A stretch of DNA of 64,000 nt from Beijerinckiaceae bacterium (GTDB taxonomy: Bacteria > Pseudomonadota > Alphaproteobacteria > Rhizobiales > Beijerinckiaceae): contig JBOFGV010000073.1 of assembly GCA_051649305.1 (NCBI GenBank), positions 59,183 through 123,182 on the forward strand, given 5' to 3'. The notes under the pieces are model-generated. The model did not search any database. It saw nothing but the letters and a program-made list of their open reading frames with translations, and was not told where the DNA came from. The position numbers and the translations under genes are program-made. Positions 39,968 to 48,215 of the stretch are shown here, piece after piece (within the stretch, counting starts at the first letter, position 1; every line of letters starts with the position of its first letter).

Positions 39968-39993
39968 GGTTTCCCCCGTCGTTTTTATCTTCT

Positions 39994-40986
39994 TCAAGCT
40001 GTCGCCATGTCCACCACGACACGGCCCCGCACCTTGCCATCGATGATAGCTGTGCCGGTTTCCATCAACTGATCAAAGCCGATGTTTGTTGTCATGCTGT
40101 CAAGCTTGGCCATATCGAGATCGATGCCCAGTCTTCGCCAGACTTCCAACCGGAGAGGGCGCGGACAGCCGACGGAATCAACACCCAGCAGCGCCACATT
40201 GCGCAGGATGAAAGGCGCTACACTGGTGGGCAGATCCATGCCGCCCGCCAGTCCGCAGGCTGCCACAGCGCCGCTGTGTTTTGTCATGGAAATCACATTG
40301 GCCAGTGTGGTGGAACCCACGGTATCAACCGCCGCTGCCCAACGCTCCTTGCCCATGGCGCGGGGCGGGACAGCAAGCTCGGCACGATCAATGATCTCTG
40401 CCGCTCCAAGACCTTTCAGGTAATCCGCTTCAGCTGGCCGCCCGGTGGAGGCAATCACATGCCACCCGAGTTTGGCGAGAATGGCGACAGCAACGGAGCC
40501 AACGCCGCCGGATGCGCCGGTGACAACAACAGGACCATGCGCAGGCGTGAGGCCATGGCGTTCCAATGCGATGATGCACTGCATGGCCGTGAAGCCTGCT
40601 GTGCCCACGGCCATGGCTTGTGCGGGCGTCAAGCTTTTGGGAAGCGGCACCAGCCATTCCGATTTCAACCGCGCCATGCCGGCATAGGCACCCCAGTGCC
40701 CTTCGCCGACACCGCAGCCTGTCAGCACAACATGATCGCCCGTTTTAAAATCAACGCTGGTCGAATTTGTTACCTCACCCGCGAGATCAATGCCCGGCAC
40801 CATCGGAAACTTCCGCACCACAGGAGCCTTGCCGGAGAGGGCCAAACCATCCTTGTAGTTGACTGTCGATTTCAGCACCTTGATCGTGACATCGCCCTCA
40901 GGAAGGTCTGCCTCGGATAACGTGCGGATGCCAACGGTGTATTGGCCATCGGGCTTGTCGACCACCAGTGCGCGAAACGTGTTCAT
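39994..40986 (-). CDS. YhdH/AcuI-type MDR quinone oxidoreductase (acrylyl-CoA reductase-like)
   Basis: MNTFRALVVDK...VNYKDGLALSG...PMVPGIDLAGEV...VTGASGGVGS is typical of the YhdH/YhfP subgroup. Confidence 0.8.
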   Translation of the reverse strand: MNTFRALVVDKPDGQYTVGIRTLSEADLPEGDVTIKVLKSTVNYKDGLALSGKAPVVRKFPMVPGIDLAGEVTNSTSVDFKTGDHVVLTGCGVGEGHWGAYAGMARLKSEWLVPLPKSLTPAQAMAVGTAGFTAMQCIIALERHGLTPAHGPVVVTGASGGVGSVAVAILAKLGWHVIASTGRPAEADYLKGLGAAEIIDRAELAVPPRAMGKERWAAAVDTVGSTTLANVISMTKHSGAVAACGLAGGMDLPTSVAPFILRNVALLGVDSVGCPRPLRLEVWRRLGIDLDMAKLDSMTTNIGFDQLMETGTAIIDGKVRGRVVVDMATA

Positions 40987-41016
40987 GTCATCTTCCAGAT
41001 CGTTAAGAAGACAACA

Positions 41017-42276
41017 CTATGCCGGTTGTGGCACCGTTCGGGAAGGGGCTGCTTTCTCGACAATCGGCAGGTTGATCAGTGCCGAGGCAAAGCCGAGGGC
41101 AATCGAGCCGTACCAGACGAGATCGTAGTTGCCGTAGATTTCATAGAACACGCCGCCGAGCCAGCCGCCCAAAAAGCCGCCGACCTGATGGCTGAAGAAG
41201 GCAAAGCCATAGAGCATCGCCATGTCCCGTGTGCCGAACATGGTCATCACCAGTGATGAAGTGGGCGGCACTGTGGACAGCCAGAACAGACCCATGGCTG
41301 CACCAAAAGCCAGCACGAGGGCTGGTGATGGTGGCAACATCAGAAGCGCAATGATGGCAAGGGACCTCCCGGTATAGATGAGCGCCAGCAGATAGCGGCG
41401 CGGAAAGCGCGTCATGATCCAGCCAGCAGAGATGGAACCGACGATGTTGAAAAGGCCAATCAATGCGAGCACCCAAGGCCCGATGCTGGCGGCAATGCCA
41501 ATGTCTTTCAGGTAGGCAGGCAGGTGCGTGGTGATGAACGCCAGCTGGAAACCGCAGGTGAAGAAGCCCAAAACCAGCAGGATATAGCTGGTGTGCCCGA
41601 ATGCATGGGCGAGGGTCTGCATGAGGGTGCGTTTGTCGCCTTCCGGTTCAGCAGCAAGACTGCCGCGCGGCGCTGTCGCGAGATAGATCGTCAGAGGAAT
41701 GGTCAGAATCAACAGCGAGGCGAAAACCAGCAACGCGCCCTGCCAGCCTGCCATATCAATGAGACCCACAGCCAATGGCGAGAACAGGAACTGGCCGAAG
41801 GAGCCTGCTGCGGTACCAAAACCAAGGGCCATGGCGCGCTTTTCAGGCGGCAGCAGCTTGCCGAAGGCTGCGAGCACGAGGTTGAACGAGCAGCCCGACA
41901 GGCCAAAGCCGATCAGCACGCCTGAAGTGAGCGTGAAAACCGCCGGCGTGGTTGACACCGTCATCAGCGCCAAACCGGCAGCATAAAGCACAAGGCCGCC
42001 GATCATCACCCGCATGACACCAAAACGGTCTGCCACAGCGCCCGCGAAGGGCTGGCCGATGCCCCAGAACAGGTTCTGGACAGCGATTGCCAGACCAAAG
42101 ACATCCCGGCCCCAGCCGTTCTGCTGGATGATGGGCAATTGAAAGAAGCCCATGGTGGCGCGCGGCCCAAAACCGACCATCGCGATGGCACAACCTGCCG
42201 CAATGATAATGGAGGCGGTGTAGGTTTTTTGCGTGGAGGACATGGTGGTTGTCATGGTCGTTCTCTCAATCTGCAA
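41017..42276 (-). CDS. MFS transporter
   Basis: 419 aa, about 12 predicted TM segments, typical MFS loop motifs. Start ambiguous among several early Met codons. Confidence 0.85.
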   Translation of the reverse strand: MQIERTTMTTTMSSTQKTYTASIIIAAGCAIAMVGFGPRATMGFFQLPIIQQNGWGRDVFGLAIAVQNLFWGIGQPFAGAVADRFGVMRVMIGGLVLYAAGLALMTVSTTPAVFTLTSGVLIGFGLSGCSFNLVLAAFGKLLPPEKRAMALGFGTAAGSFGQFLFSPLAVGLIDMAGWQGALLVFASLLILTIPLTIYLATAPRGSLAAEPEGDKRTLMQTLAHAFGHTSYILLVLGFFTCGFQLAFITTHLPAYLKDIGIAASIGPWVLALIGLFNIVGSISAGWIMTRFPRRYLLALIYTGRSLAIIALLMLPPSPALVLAFGAAMGLFWLSTVPPTSSLVMTMFGTRDMAMLYGFAFFSHQVGGFLGGWLGGVFYEIYGNYDLVWYGSIALGFASALINLPIVEKAAPSRTVPQPA

Positions 42277-42422
42277 TCAAGGATAGCCTTGTTTGCATCG
42301 GTCTAACAATCAAACTCTCATGTTGAACCAATCACACATGCTGATTGCCCGATTGCCTTCTGATTGTTTGCAATGGTAGGTTGCACAGGTTGCAAGCGCC
42401 GTTTTCATAAGGAGACTATGTG

Positions 42423-42611
42423 ATGATTGACGCTGATAAAACCGTTTCAAGACGCCGCCTGTTTCAGGCTGCCCTGGCTGCTGTTGCAGCGGTTGTTGCG
42501 CTCAAACCAGAGAGTGCGGAAGCCAAGCCAAAATGGGGCAATCCACCCGGCTGGTCCCGCGGTCGCAAGCGCGGATGGCGCAAAAAGGGCGGCCCCAAGT
42601 GGCGCTGGTAA
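42423..42611 (+). CDS. small exported protein: twin-arginine-type signal plus highly cationic Trp/Arg/Lys/Gly-rich tail
   Basis: TAAGGAGA lies 7 nt upstream of the ATG. SRRRLFQ plus h-region AALAAVAAVVAL plus AEA cleavage-like site. Predicted mature peptide: KPKWGNPPGWSRGRKRGWRKKGGPKWRW. Confidence 0.55.
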   Translation: MIDADKTVSRRRLFQAALAAVAAVVALKPESAEAKPKWGNPPGWSRGRKRGWRKKGGPKWRW

Positions 42612-42632
42612 TTTGGCGGTGGTAATCGGGAT

Positions 42633-42905
42633 CTAATCTTCTCTCGGCAATCCCAAACGATAGACACCGCGAAAATCATCGGGATCGACGGGTTTTCCCT
42701 TGCGGGTAATGACCAGACGTCCCTCCTTTGCAAGACGCACTGCGACGCGCCTGATGGGCTGCATCAGCGGGCCCCAGCCATCGGGGTGCGGGCCGCCAAG
42801 GGCGCGTGCGACATCAGACGGGCACAGTGTTTTGTCCGGGCCGCGCTCTGCTGCGAGCGCAAGCATGGATTGTTCAAGGGTTTCAGGTGCAACAGTGGAA
42901 GACAT
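42633..42905 (-). CDS. DUF3253-like protein
   Basis: 90 aa. CPSDVARALGG...WGPLMQPIRRVAVRLAKEGRLVITRKGKPVDP matches my memory of DUF3253. Confidence 0.65.
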   Translation of the reverse strand: MSSTVAPETLEQSMLALAAERGPDKTLCPSDVARALGGPHPDGWGPLMQPIRRVAVRLAKEGRLVITRKGKPVDPDDFRGVYRLGLPRED

Positions 42906-43057
42906 ACTGCGCGTTCGCCCTGTTCGGCGATGGGGTCAAGAGATTTGTGCCGCTGTTTGTCTCTGAACAGGCTTCCCACAGCGGTTGTAAATCTCCAGCA
43001 AGCTTTCCCGTTGAATGCAGTTCTGCTAAAATAATACTGTTCTGGGGAGAATCATCT

Positions 43058-43390
43058 TTGAAAATACCTGCGTTGCCCTTCACGGTCACAGACTGGTCTG
43101 CGGTTGCACCAACACTGCATCCGGGCGAATCGGGCGAGGCGCAATGGCGCATGCAGACCGTGGGTGATATCCGCATCCGCCATGTTACCTACACACCGGG
43201 CTATTTGGCTGACCACTGGTGTGACCGCGGCCATATCCTTTATGTGCTCGAAGGCGAGATCATCAGCGAATTGAAAGACGGCAGAAGCTTCACTCTGTCC
43301 GCTGGCATGAGCTATCAGGTTTCGGATTTTGGCGATGCCGCCCACCGATCCTTTGCGCCCAAAGGGGCGAAACTCTTCATTGTTGACTGA
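43058..43390 (+). CDS. small cupin-fold protein
   Basis: TTG start with GGGGAGA 7 nt upstream. ADHWCDRGHILYVLEGE...DGRSF...GMSYQV...HRS is a cupin-like pattern. The upstream part of listed ORF 42806.. is antisense to the DUF3253 gene. Confidence 0.65.
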   Translation: MKIPALPFTVTDWSAVAPTLHPGESGEAQWRMQTVGDIRIRHVTYTPGYLADHWCDRGHILYVLEGEIISELKDGRSFTLSAGMSYQVSDFGDAAHRSFAPKGAKLFIVD

Positions 43391-43405
43391 GCCGGAGCAG
43401 CAGAC

Positions 43406-43813
43406 ATGCCGCAAACGATCACCAAAGGTTACAAGACCCTGCTTGCCGAGGCAGAGGCTGCAATCGAGACATTGGATGTGACAGCTGTCAAAGCCCTGCT
43501 TGGGCGCGATGATGTTGTGCTTGTCGATCTCCGGGACCCACGCGAACTGGAGCGCGAGGGTAAGATGCCCGGTGCTTTTCATTGCACAAGGGGCATGCTG
43601 GAGTTCTGGATTGATCCGGAAAGCCCCTATGCCAAACCGATTTTTCAGGAAGACAAGAAATTCGTTTTCTTCTGTGCCGGTGGCTGGCGCTCGGCGCTTG
43701 CTGCCAAGACGGCCCATGACATGGGGCTGAAACCGGTTGCCCATATGGCAGGCGGCTTTGGTGCCTGGAAAAAAGAGGGTGGTCTTGTCGAATTGATCCA
43801 GCCAAAAACCTGA
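43406..43813 (+). CDS. rhodanese-like domain protein
   Basis: 135 aa with active-site loop FFCAGGWRS. Confidence 0.85.
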   Translation: MPQTITKGYKTLLAEAEAAIETLDVTAVKALLGRDDVVLVDLRDPRELEREGKMPGAFHCTRGMLEFWIDPESPYAKPIFQEDKKFVFFCAGGWRSALAAKTAHDMGLKPVAHMAGGFGAWKKEGGLVELIQPKT

Positions 43814-43827
43814 GACGTAGCACCGAT

Positions 43828-44472
43828 ATGAGCACCAATACAGTTTCCGAGAACCGTCCCTTTCGGCGCTGGCATGATGAGACAAGTCCGATTGTCTATA
43901 TTGTCGTGCGATTGAACACTGATGGCGGTGATATCCGCCGCAACTCCCTGCGTGCACTCGGAGCCATGGCTGTGGCAGAGCATGGTTCCAAGCTGGGCAG
44001 CTGCACGTTGACGATGTCTGCGCTTGATGGTTCTGCGGGTGATTCCAAAACACTGGATCTGTTTCGCAAGCATCCGGAGGCGTGGCGCAACACCACAACC
44101 AATCCCCAGCGGCCGGCGCTGGCCATGCCTGCCTTTGCCTCATGGGTGAAGAACTTTCCGGGGCAGCCGGTTCTGGTCGCCTCGCCACTTTCCCAAACGG
44201 CTGTATGGCTGGACTACTACCTCAGGCGATTTACGACCCACGGCGTTTACCACGGGCCTTACAAGATTGACCCATTGTTCTATGGTCCGGGCGTCGATCT
44301 CTCGACTTTCGTCATGGGCCTGACGCGCCGCCATTACCGCGAGAGCGTCGAGTTTCTGCTGCCGCCCGAGTGGCGCGCCAACCGGGAGGAAACCCTTGAT
44401 GTGCGCCAGGATGTGGAGATGCAGGCAGAACTGCTGATCTCCATGCTCAAATTGCACAACGTGCAAGGCTGA
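43828..44472 (+). CDS. hypothetical protein (possible degenerate DEDD-exonuclease-like fold)
   Basis: 214 aa in a coding-like frame, 14 nt after the rhodanese gene. No confident family assignment. Confidence 0.5.
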   Translation: MSTNTVSENRPFRRWHDETSPIVYIVVRLNTDGGDIRRNSLRALGAMAVAEHGSKLGSCTLTMSALDGSAGDSKTLDLFRKHPEAWRNTTTNPQRPALAMPAFASWVKNFPGQPVLVASPLSQTAVWLDYYLRRFTTHGVYHGPYKIDPLFYGPGVDLSTFVMGLTRRHYRESVEFLLPPEWRANREETLDVRQDVEMQAELLISMLKLHNVQG

Positions 44473-44545
44473 TCGGTTCAATCAGTTTTCATCATTGGCG
44501 CTGTTTCCTGCTTTGTGAAATTTATCAAGCAGGAGGGTTTCTTTC

Positions 44546-44992
44546 ATGGGTGAAACAATCATTCGCGCGGCAACAGCTGCTGATGAAGCGGCCTGGCGCA
44601 AGCTTTGGGCGGGATACATCGCGTTTTACCGGGGCAGTGTATCGGAAGATGTCACTGCCGCCACATGGAAGCGCCTGCTTGATCCCGTGACAACGCTGCA
44701 TGCGCTGGTGGCCGAGCGGGACGGCGAAGTGATTGGCATGACCAATTTTGTCTTCCACGAATCGACCTGGGACACGCGGCCCATCTGCTATCTGCAGGAT
44801 CTCTACGTTGATCCACAGGCGCGCGGAGGCGAAGCCGCAAAAAAGCTCATTCTCGCCTGCGAGGAAGCGGCCAAGGCCAAGGGGGCCTTCCGCGTTTACT
44901 GGCAGACGCAGGAATACAACGCACCGGCCCGCTCGCTTTATGATACGATCACGCCGCGCTCGTCCTTCATCGTTTATCGCAAGAACATCTGA
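44546..44992 (+). CDS. GNAT-family N-acetyltransferase
   Basis: 148 aa. LQDLYVDPQARGGEAAKKLI resembles the acetyl-CoA binding motif A (Q/RxxGxG/A). Confidence 0.8.
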   Translation: MGETIIRAATAADEAAWRKLWAGYIAFYRGSVSEDVTAATWKRLLDPVTTLHALVAERDGEVIGMTNFVFHESTWDTRPICYLQDLYVDPQARGGEAAKKLILACEEAAKAKGAFRVYWQTQEYNAPARSLYDTITPRSSFIVYRKNI

Positions 44993-45001
44993 GAGATTTC
45001 C

Positions 45002-45649
45002 ATGAAACTTGTCATCGGCAACAAGAACTATTCCTCATGGTCCCTGCGGCCATGGATCGCGATGAAGCAGATTGGCCTCAGCTTTGAGGAAGTCGTCATC
45101 CCCATGAACATGCCCAGCACGCGTGCAGACATGCTGGCGCATTCGCCGACTGGTCTTGTACCCACGCTGATTGATGGCGATGTGACGATTTTCGAGACCA
45201 TCGCCATTCTTGAATATCTCAACGACAAATTTCCCAACGCCGGTCTCTGGCCAAAGGACATGGCGGCCCGCGCCCATGCCCGCGCCATTTCGGCTGAAAT
45301 GCATGCAGGCTTTGCGGCACTACGCCGTGATTGCCCGATGAACATGCGGCGGCAGGTTAAAAAGCACATCGTCAGCCCGGAGGCGCAAAAGCATGTGGAG
45401 CGCATCGATGCCATCTGGTCTGATGCGCGCCAACGCTTCGGGGCTGGTGGCGCATTCCTCTTCGGCTCTTTCACCAATGCCGACGCGATGTTTGCCCCCG
45501 TCATCAACCGTTTCCATGTCTATGATCTGCCACGCTCAAAAACGGCGCAGGAATACATGGACACCATGATGGCGCTGCCCAGCTGGAAAGACTGGGAGAG
45601 CGCGTCACGCGCTGAAAGCTGGGTGATTGAAAAGAGTGAAGTGGCGTGA
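45002..45649 (+). CDS. glutathione S-transferase family protein
   Basis: 215 aa. N-terminal thioredoxin-like domain (NYSSWSLRPW...VPTL...ETIAILEYL), YfcF-like. Confidence 0.85.
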   Translation: MKLVIGNKNYSSWSLRPWIAMKQIGLSFEEVVIPMNMPSTRADMLAHSPTGLVPTLIDGDVTIFETIAILEYLNDKFPNAGLWPKDMAARAHARAISAEMHAGFAALRRDCPMNMRRQVKKHIVSPEAQKHVERIDAIWSDARQRFGAGGAFLFGSFTNADAMFAPVINRFHVYDLPRSKTAQEYMDTMMALPSWKDWESASRAESWVIEKSEVA

Positions 45650-45759
45650 GCTACCCCATCCGGTAATCACTTTAAAATCTCCGCGATCAGCCCCCTTTCC
45701 TTCTGCCCGAAGCCGCGCCATAAACATGCGCAATAAAATTTCGTGGTGAGGAAACAAAC

Positions 45760-47367
45760 ATGCCCGTCATCAAATCGAAAGTGGATACGGCTTCAGCTGA
45801 ATTTGCCGCCAACAAGACGGCATGGGCGGGCCTGACCACCGAGTTGCAGGAGCGGCGAGCCACTGCCGCAGCCGGCGGTAACGAGAAAGCGCGCGCGCGC
45901 CACACCGCGCGCGGAAAACTGCTGCCACGTGAACGCGTGATGCGCCTGCTCGATCCCGGATCACCCTTTCTCGAAATCGGCAATCTCGCGGCCTACGGTA
46001 TGTATGACGATGATATCCACGGCGCAGGCATGATCGCGGGCATTGGCCGTGTTGAGGGCCGCGAAGTGATGATTGTCTGCAACGACGCCACCATCAAGGG
46101 CGGCACCTACTATCCCATGACGGTGAAGAAGCATCTCAGAGCGCAGGAGATTGCGCGCGAAAACCGCCTGCCTTGCGTCTACCTCGTCGACAGCGGCGGG
46201 GCGAACCTGCCGCACCAGACAGAGGTCTTTCCGGACCGGGAGCATTTTGGCCGCATCTTCTACAATCAGGCCAATCTTTCGTCGCTCGCCATTCCGCAGA
46301 TCGCGGTGGTGATGGGTTCCTGCACCGCAGGCGGGGCCTATGTTCCCGCCATGTCCGATGAAACCGTGATTGTGCGTAGACAAGGCACGATCTTTCTGGC
46401 GGGGCCACCCCTCGTGAAAGCCGCCACCGGCGAGGTGGTGTCGGCCGAAGATCTCGGTGGCGGTGATGTCCACACCCGCGTCTCCGGCGTAGCCGATCAT
46501 CTGGCGGCGGACGATGTGCATGCGCTGGCGATTGCCCGCAACATTGTCGGCAATCTCAACACACGCAAATCCATCGATATAGCCCTCGCCGAGCCTGCCG
46601 AGCCTAAATACGATGCCGAGGAACTGCTGGGCCTCGTGCCAACCGATCTGAAGCAGCAGTATGACATCCGCGAGGTGATCGCGCGTCTGGTTGATGGTTC
46701 GGACTTCGATGAATTCAAGGCGCTTTACGGCAAATCGCTGGTGACGGGCTTTGCCCGCATCCACGGCATTCCCGTCGGCATCATCGGCAACAACGGCATC
46801 CTGTTTGCGGAAAGTGCGCGCAAGGGCGCGCATTTCGTCGAGCTCTGCTGCCAGCGGCGGATACCGCTGCTGTTCCTGCAGAACATCTCCGGCTTCATGG
46901 TGGGCCAGCAGCATGAAGCTGGCGGAATCGCCAAGGATGGTGCCAAGCTCGTCACTGCCGTTGCCTGCGCCAAAGTCCCCAAGATCACGCTGTTGCTGGG
47001 CGGCAGCTTTGGTGCCGGCAACTACGGCATGTGCGGCCGCGCCTACAGCCCTCGCTTCCTGTTCAGCTGGCCCAACAGCCGCATTTCGGTGATGGGCGGC
47101 GAGCAGGCCGCCTCCGTGCTGGCCACCGTCAAGCGCGACAACATCGAGATGGAAGGCAAGGCCTGGAGTGCTGAGGAAGAAGCCACGTTCAAGGCGCCGA
47201 TCCGGGCGAAATACGAAGAGGAAGGCTCCCCTTACTATGCCACTGCGCGCCTTTGGGATGACGGCATCATCCTGCCAACCGAAACCCGCCGCGTGCTGGC
47301 ACTGGCGTTCAGCGCGTGTCTGAATGCACCGGTGGAAGAGACGAAGTTTGGTGTGTTCCGGATGTGA
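45760..47367 (+). CDS. mccB: methylcrotonoyl-CoA carboxylase beta subunit-type carboxyltransferase
   Basis: 535 aa. Carboxyl-transferase domain throughout and C-terminal ...ETKFGVFRM. Could equally be a related acyl-CoA carboxyltransferase. Confidence 0.85.
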   Translation: MPVIKSKVDTASAEFAANKTAWAGLTTELQERRATAAAGGNEKARARHTARGKLLPRERVMRLLDPGSPFLEIGNLAAYGMYDDDIHGAGMIAGIGRVEGREVMIVCNDATIKGGTYYPMTVKKHLRAQEIARENRLPCVYLVDSGGANLPHQTEVFPDREHFGRIFYNQANLSSLAIPQIAVVMGSCTAGGAYVPAMSDETVIVRRQGTIFLAGPPLVKAATGEVVSAEDLGGGDVHTRVSGVADHLAADDVHALAIARNIVGNLNTRKSIDIALAEPAEPKYDAEELLGLVPTDLKQQYDIREVIARLVDGSDFDEFKALYGKSLVTGFARIHGIPVGIIGNNGILFAESARKGAHFVELCCQRRIPLLFLQNISGFMVGQQHEAGGIAKDGAKLVTAVACAKVPKITLLLGGSFGAGNYGMCGRAYSPRFLFSWPNSRISVMGGEQAASVLATVKRDNIEMEGKAWSAEEEATFKAPIRAKYEEEGSPYYATARLWDDGIILPTETRRVLALAFSACLNAPVEETKFGVFRM

Positions 47368-47368
47368 G
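47341..47368 (+). repeat. direct repeat copy 1 (last 8 codons plus stop of mccB)
   Basis: ACGAAGTTTGGTGTGTTCCGGATGTGAG; 27/28 identical to 48069..48096. Confidence 0.9.
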
Positions 47369-47429
47369 GGGGATGTCTTTATTGAACACCCCAAAATGTA
47401 TCTTTTAAAGTACATCAATTGGTGCTATT

Positions 47430-47783
47430 TTGAGTAAAGACAAAGAGCCGTTGATACGGGTCATCTTCTATCGGACGGCAGGCGGCTCTGAACCTGTTCG
47501 GGATTGGCTGCGTACCCTTGATGCGGAGGATAGACATATCATCGGGCTTGATCTCATGCGCGTGCAGACACAATGGCCAATCGGCATGCCTGTTTGTCGT
47601 GCGCTTGGTCAGGGCCTTTGGGAAGTACGATCAAGTCTGACTGGAGGCCGCATTGCACGCGTCCTGTTTTTCATTTCGGGGCATCGTATCGGTGCTGTCC
47701 ATGGGTTTATCAAGAAAACGCAAGGTACGCCTGATGATGATCTCGCATTGGCCCGCAAACGCATGAAGGAGATGCTGACATGA
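47430..47783 (+). CDS. type II toxin, RelE/ParE superfamily (HigB / Gp49-like)
   Basis: 117 aa with a TTG start. VIFYRTAGGSEPVRDWL...GLWEVR...RVLFF...HGFIKKTQGTP is typical of the Gp49/HigB-2-like family. ATGA overlap with the downstream HTH gene. Confidence 0.8.
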   Translation: MSKDKEPLIRVIFYRTAGGSEPVRDWLRTLDAEDRHIIGLDLMRVQTQWPIGMPVCRALGQGLWEVRSSLTGGRIARVLFFISGHRIGAVHGFIKKTQGTPDDDLALARKRMKEMLT

Positions 47784-48064
47784 GCAACAATCCGCATTGG
47801 GGCACAAGCCTTGATGATCTTCTGGGTGAGGAGGGCGTTTATGCACCCTTTAAGGCCATTGCCGAAAAGGAAGCGATTGCATGGCAATTGCAGGAGGCCA
47901 TGAAGACGCAGAAAATAACCAAGAAGCGCATGGCTGAATTGATGCAGACCAGCCGTTCTCAGGTAGACAAACTGCTGAGCCCACGGGATGGCAATATCAC
48001 GCTTGAAACACTGCACCGTGCCGCAGGTGTTGTTGGCAAGCGGATAGAATGTCGGTTGGTTTGA
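47780..48064 (+). CDS. XRE-family HTH antitoxin (HigA-like)
   Basis: 94 aa. ITKKRMAELMQTSRSQVDKLL helix-turn-helix; translationally coupled to the toxin. Confidence 0.8.
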   Translation: MSNNPHWGTSLDDLLGEEGVYAPFKAIAEKEAIAWQLQEAMKTQKITKKRMAELMQTSRSQVDKLLSPRDGNITLETLHRAAGVVGKRIECRLV

Positions 48065-48068
48065 GGCG

Positions 48069-48096
48069 ACGAAGTTCGGTGTGTTCCGGATGTGAG
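48069..48096 (+). repeat. direct repeat copy 2 (orphan mccB 3'-end remnant)
   Basis: ACGAAGTTCGGTGTGTTCCGGATGTGAG still reads TKFGVFRM* with one synonymous difference. Confidence 0.9.
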
Positions 48097-48107
48097 AGGC
48101 TACTCCA

Positions 48108-48212
48108 CTGTCATTGCAATGAGGCGTAGCCGACGCGGCAATCCAGTCAGACTTCCGGACTTAAAAAATGTTAGCATTTTAGGCTAGATTGCTTCGCTGC
48201 GCTCGCAATGAC
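48108..48212. repeat. inverted pair of the 'GTCATTGCGAGCGCAGCGAAGCAATC'-type Rhizobiales intergenic repeat
   Basis: Degenerate left arm GTCATTGCAATGAGGCGTAGCCGACGCGGCAATCCAG. Right arm is the reverse complement of CGTCATTGCGAGCGCAGCGAAGCAATCTAG. Confidence 0.65.
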
Positions 48213-48215
48213 GTT

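Noticed and set aside
43052-44188. 378-aa ORF on the minus strand
   Set aside because: It runs antisense across three well-supported plus-strand genes (cupin, rhodanese, hypothetical). It is a shadow ORF.
45961-47418. 485-aa ORF on the minus strand
   Set aside because: It is antisense to the mccB-type carboxyltransferase, is low-complexity and Arg/Ala/Gly/His-rich, and has no motifs.
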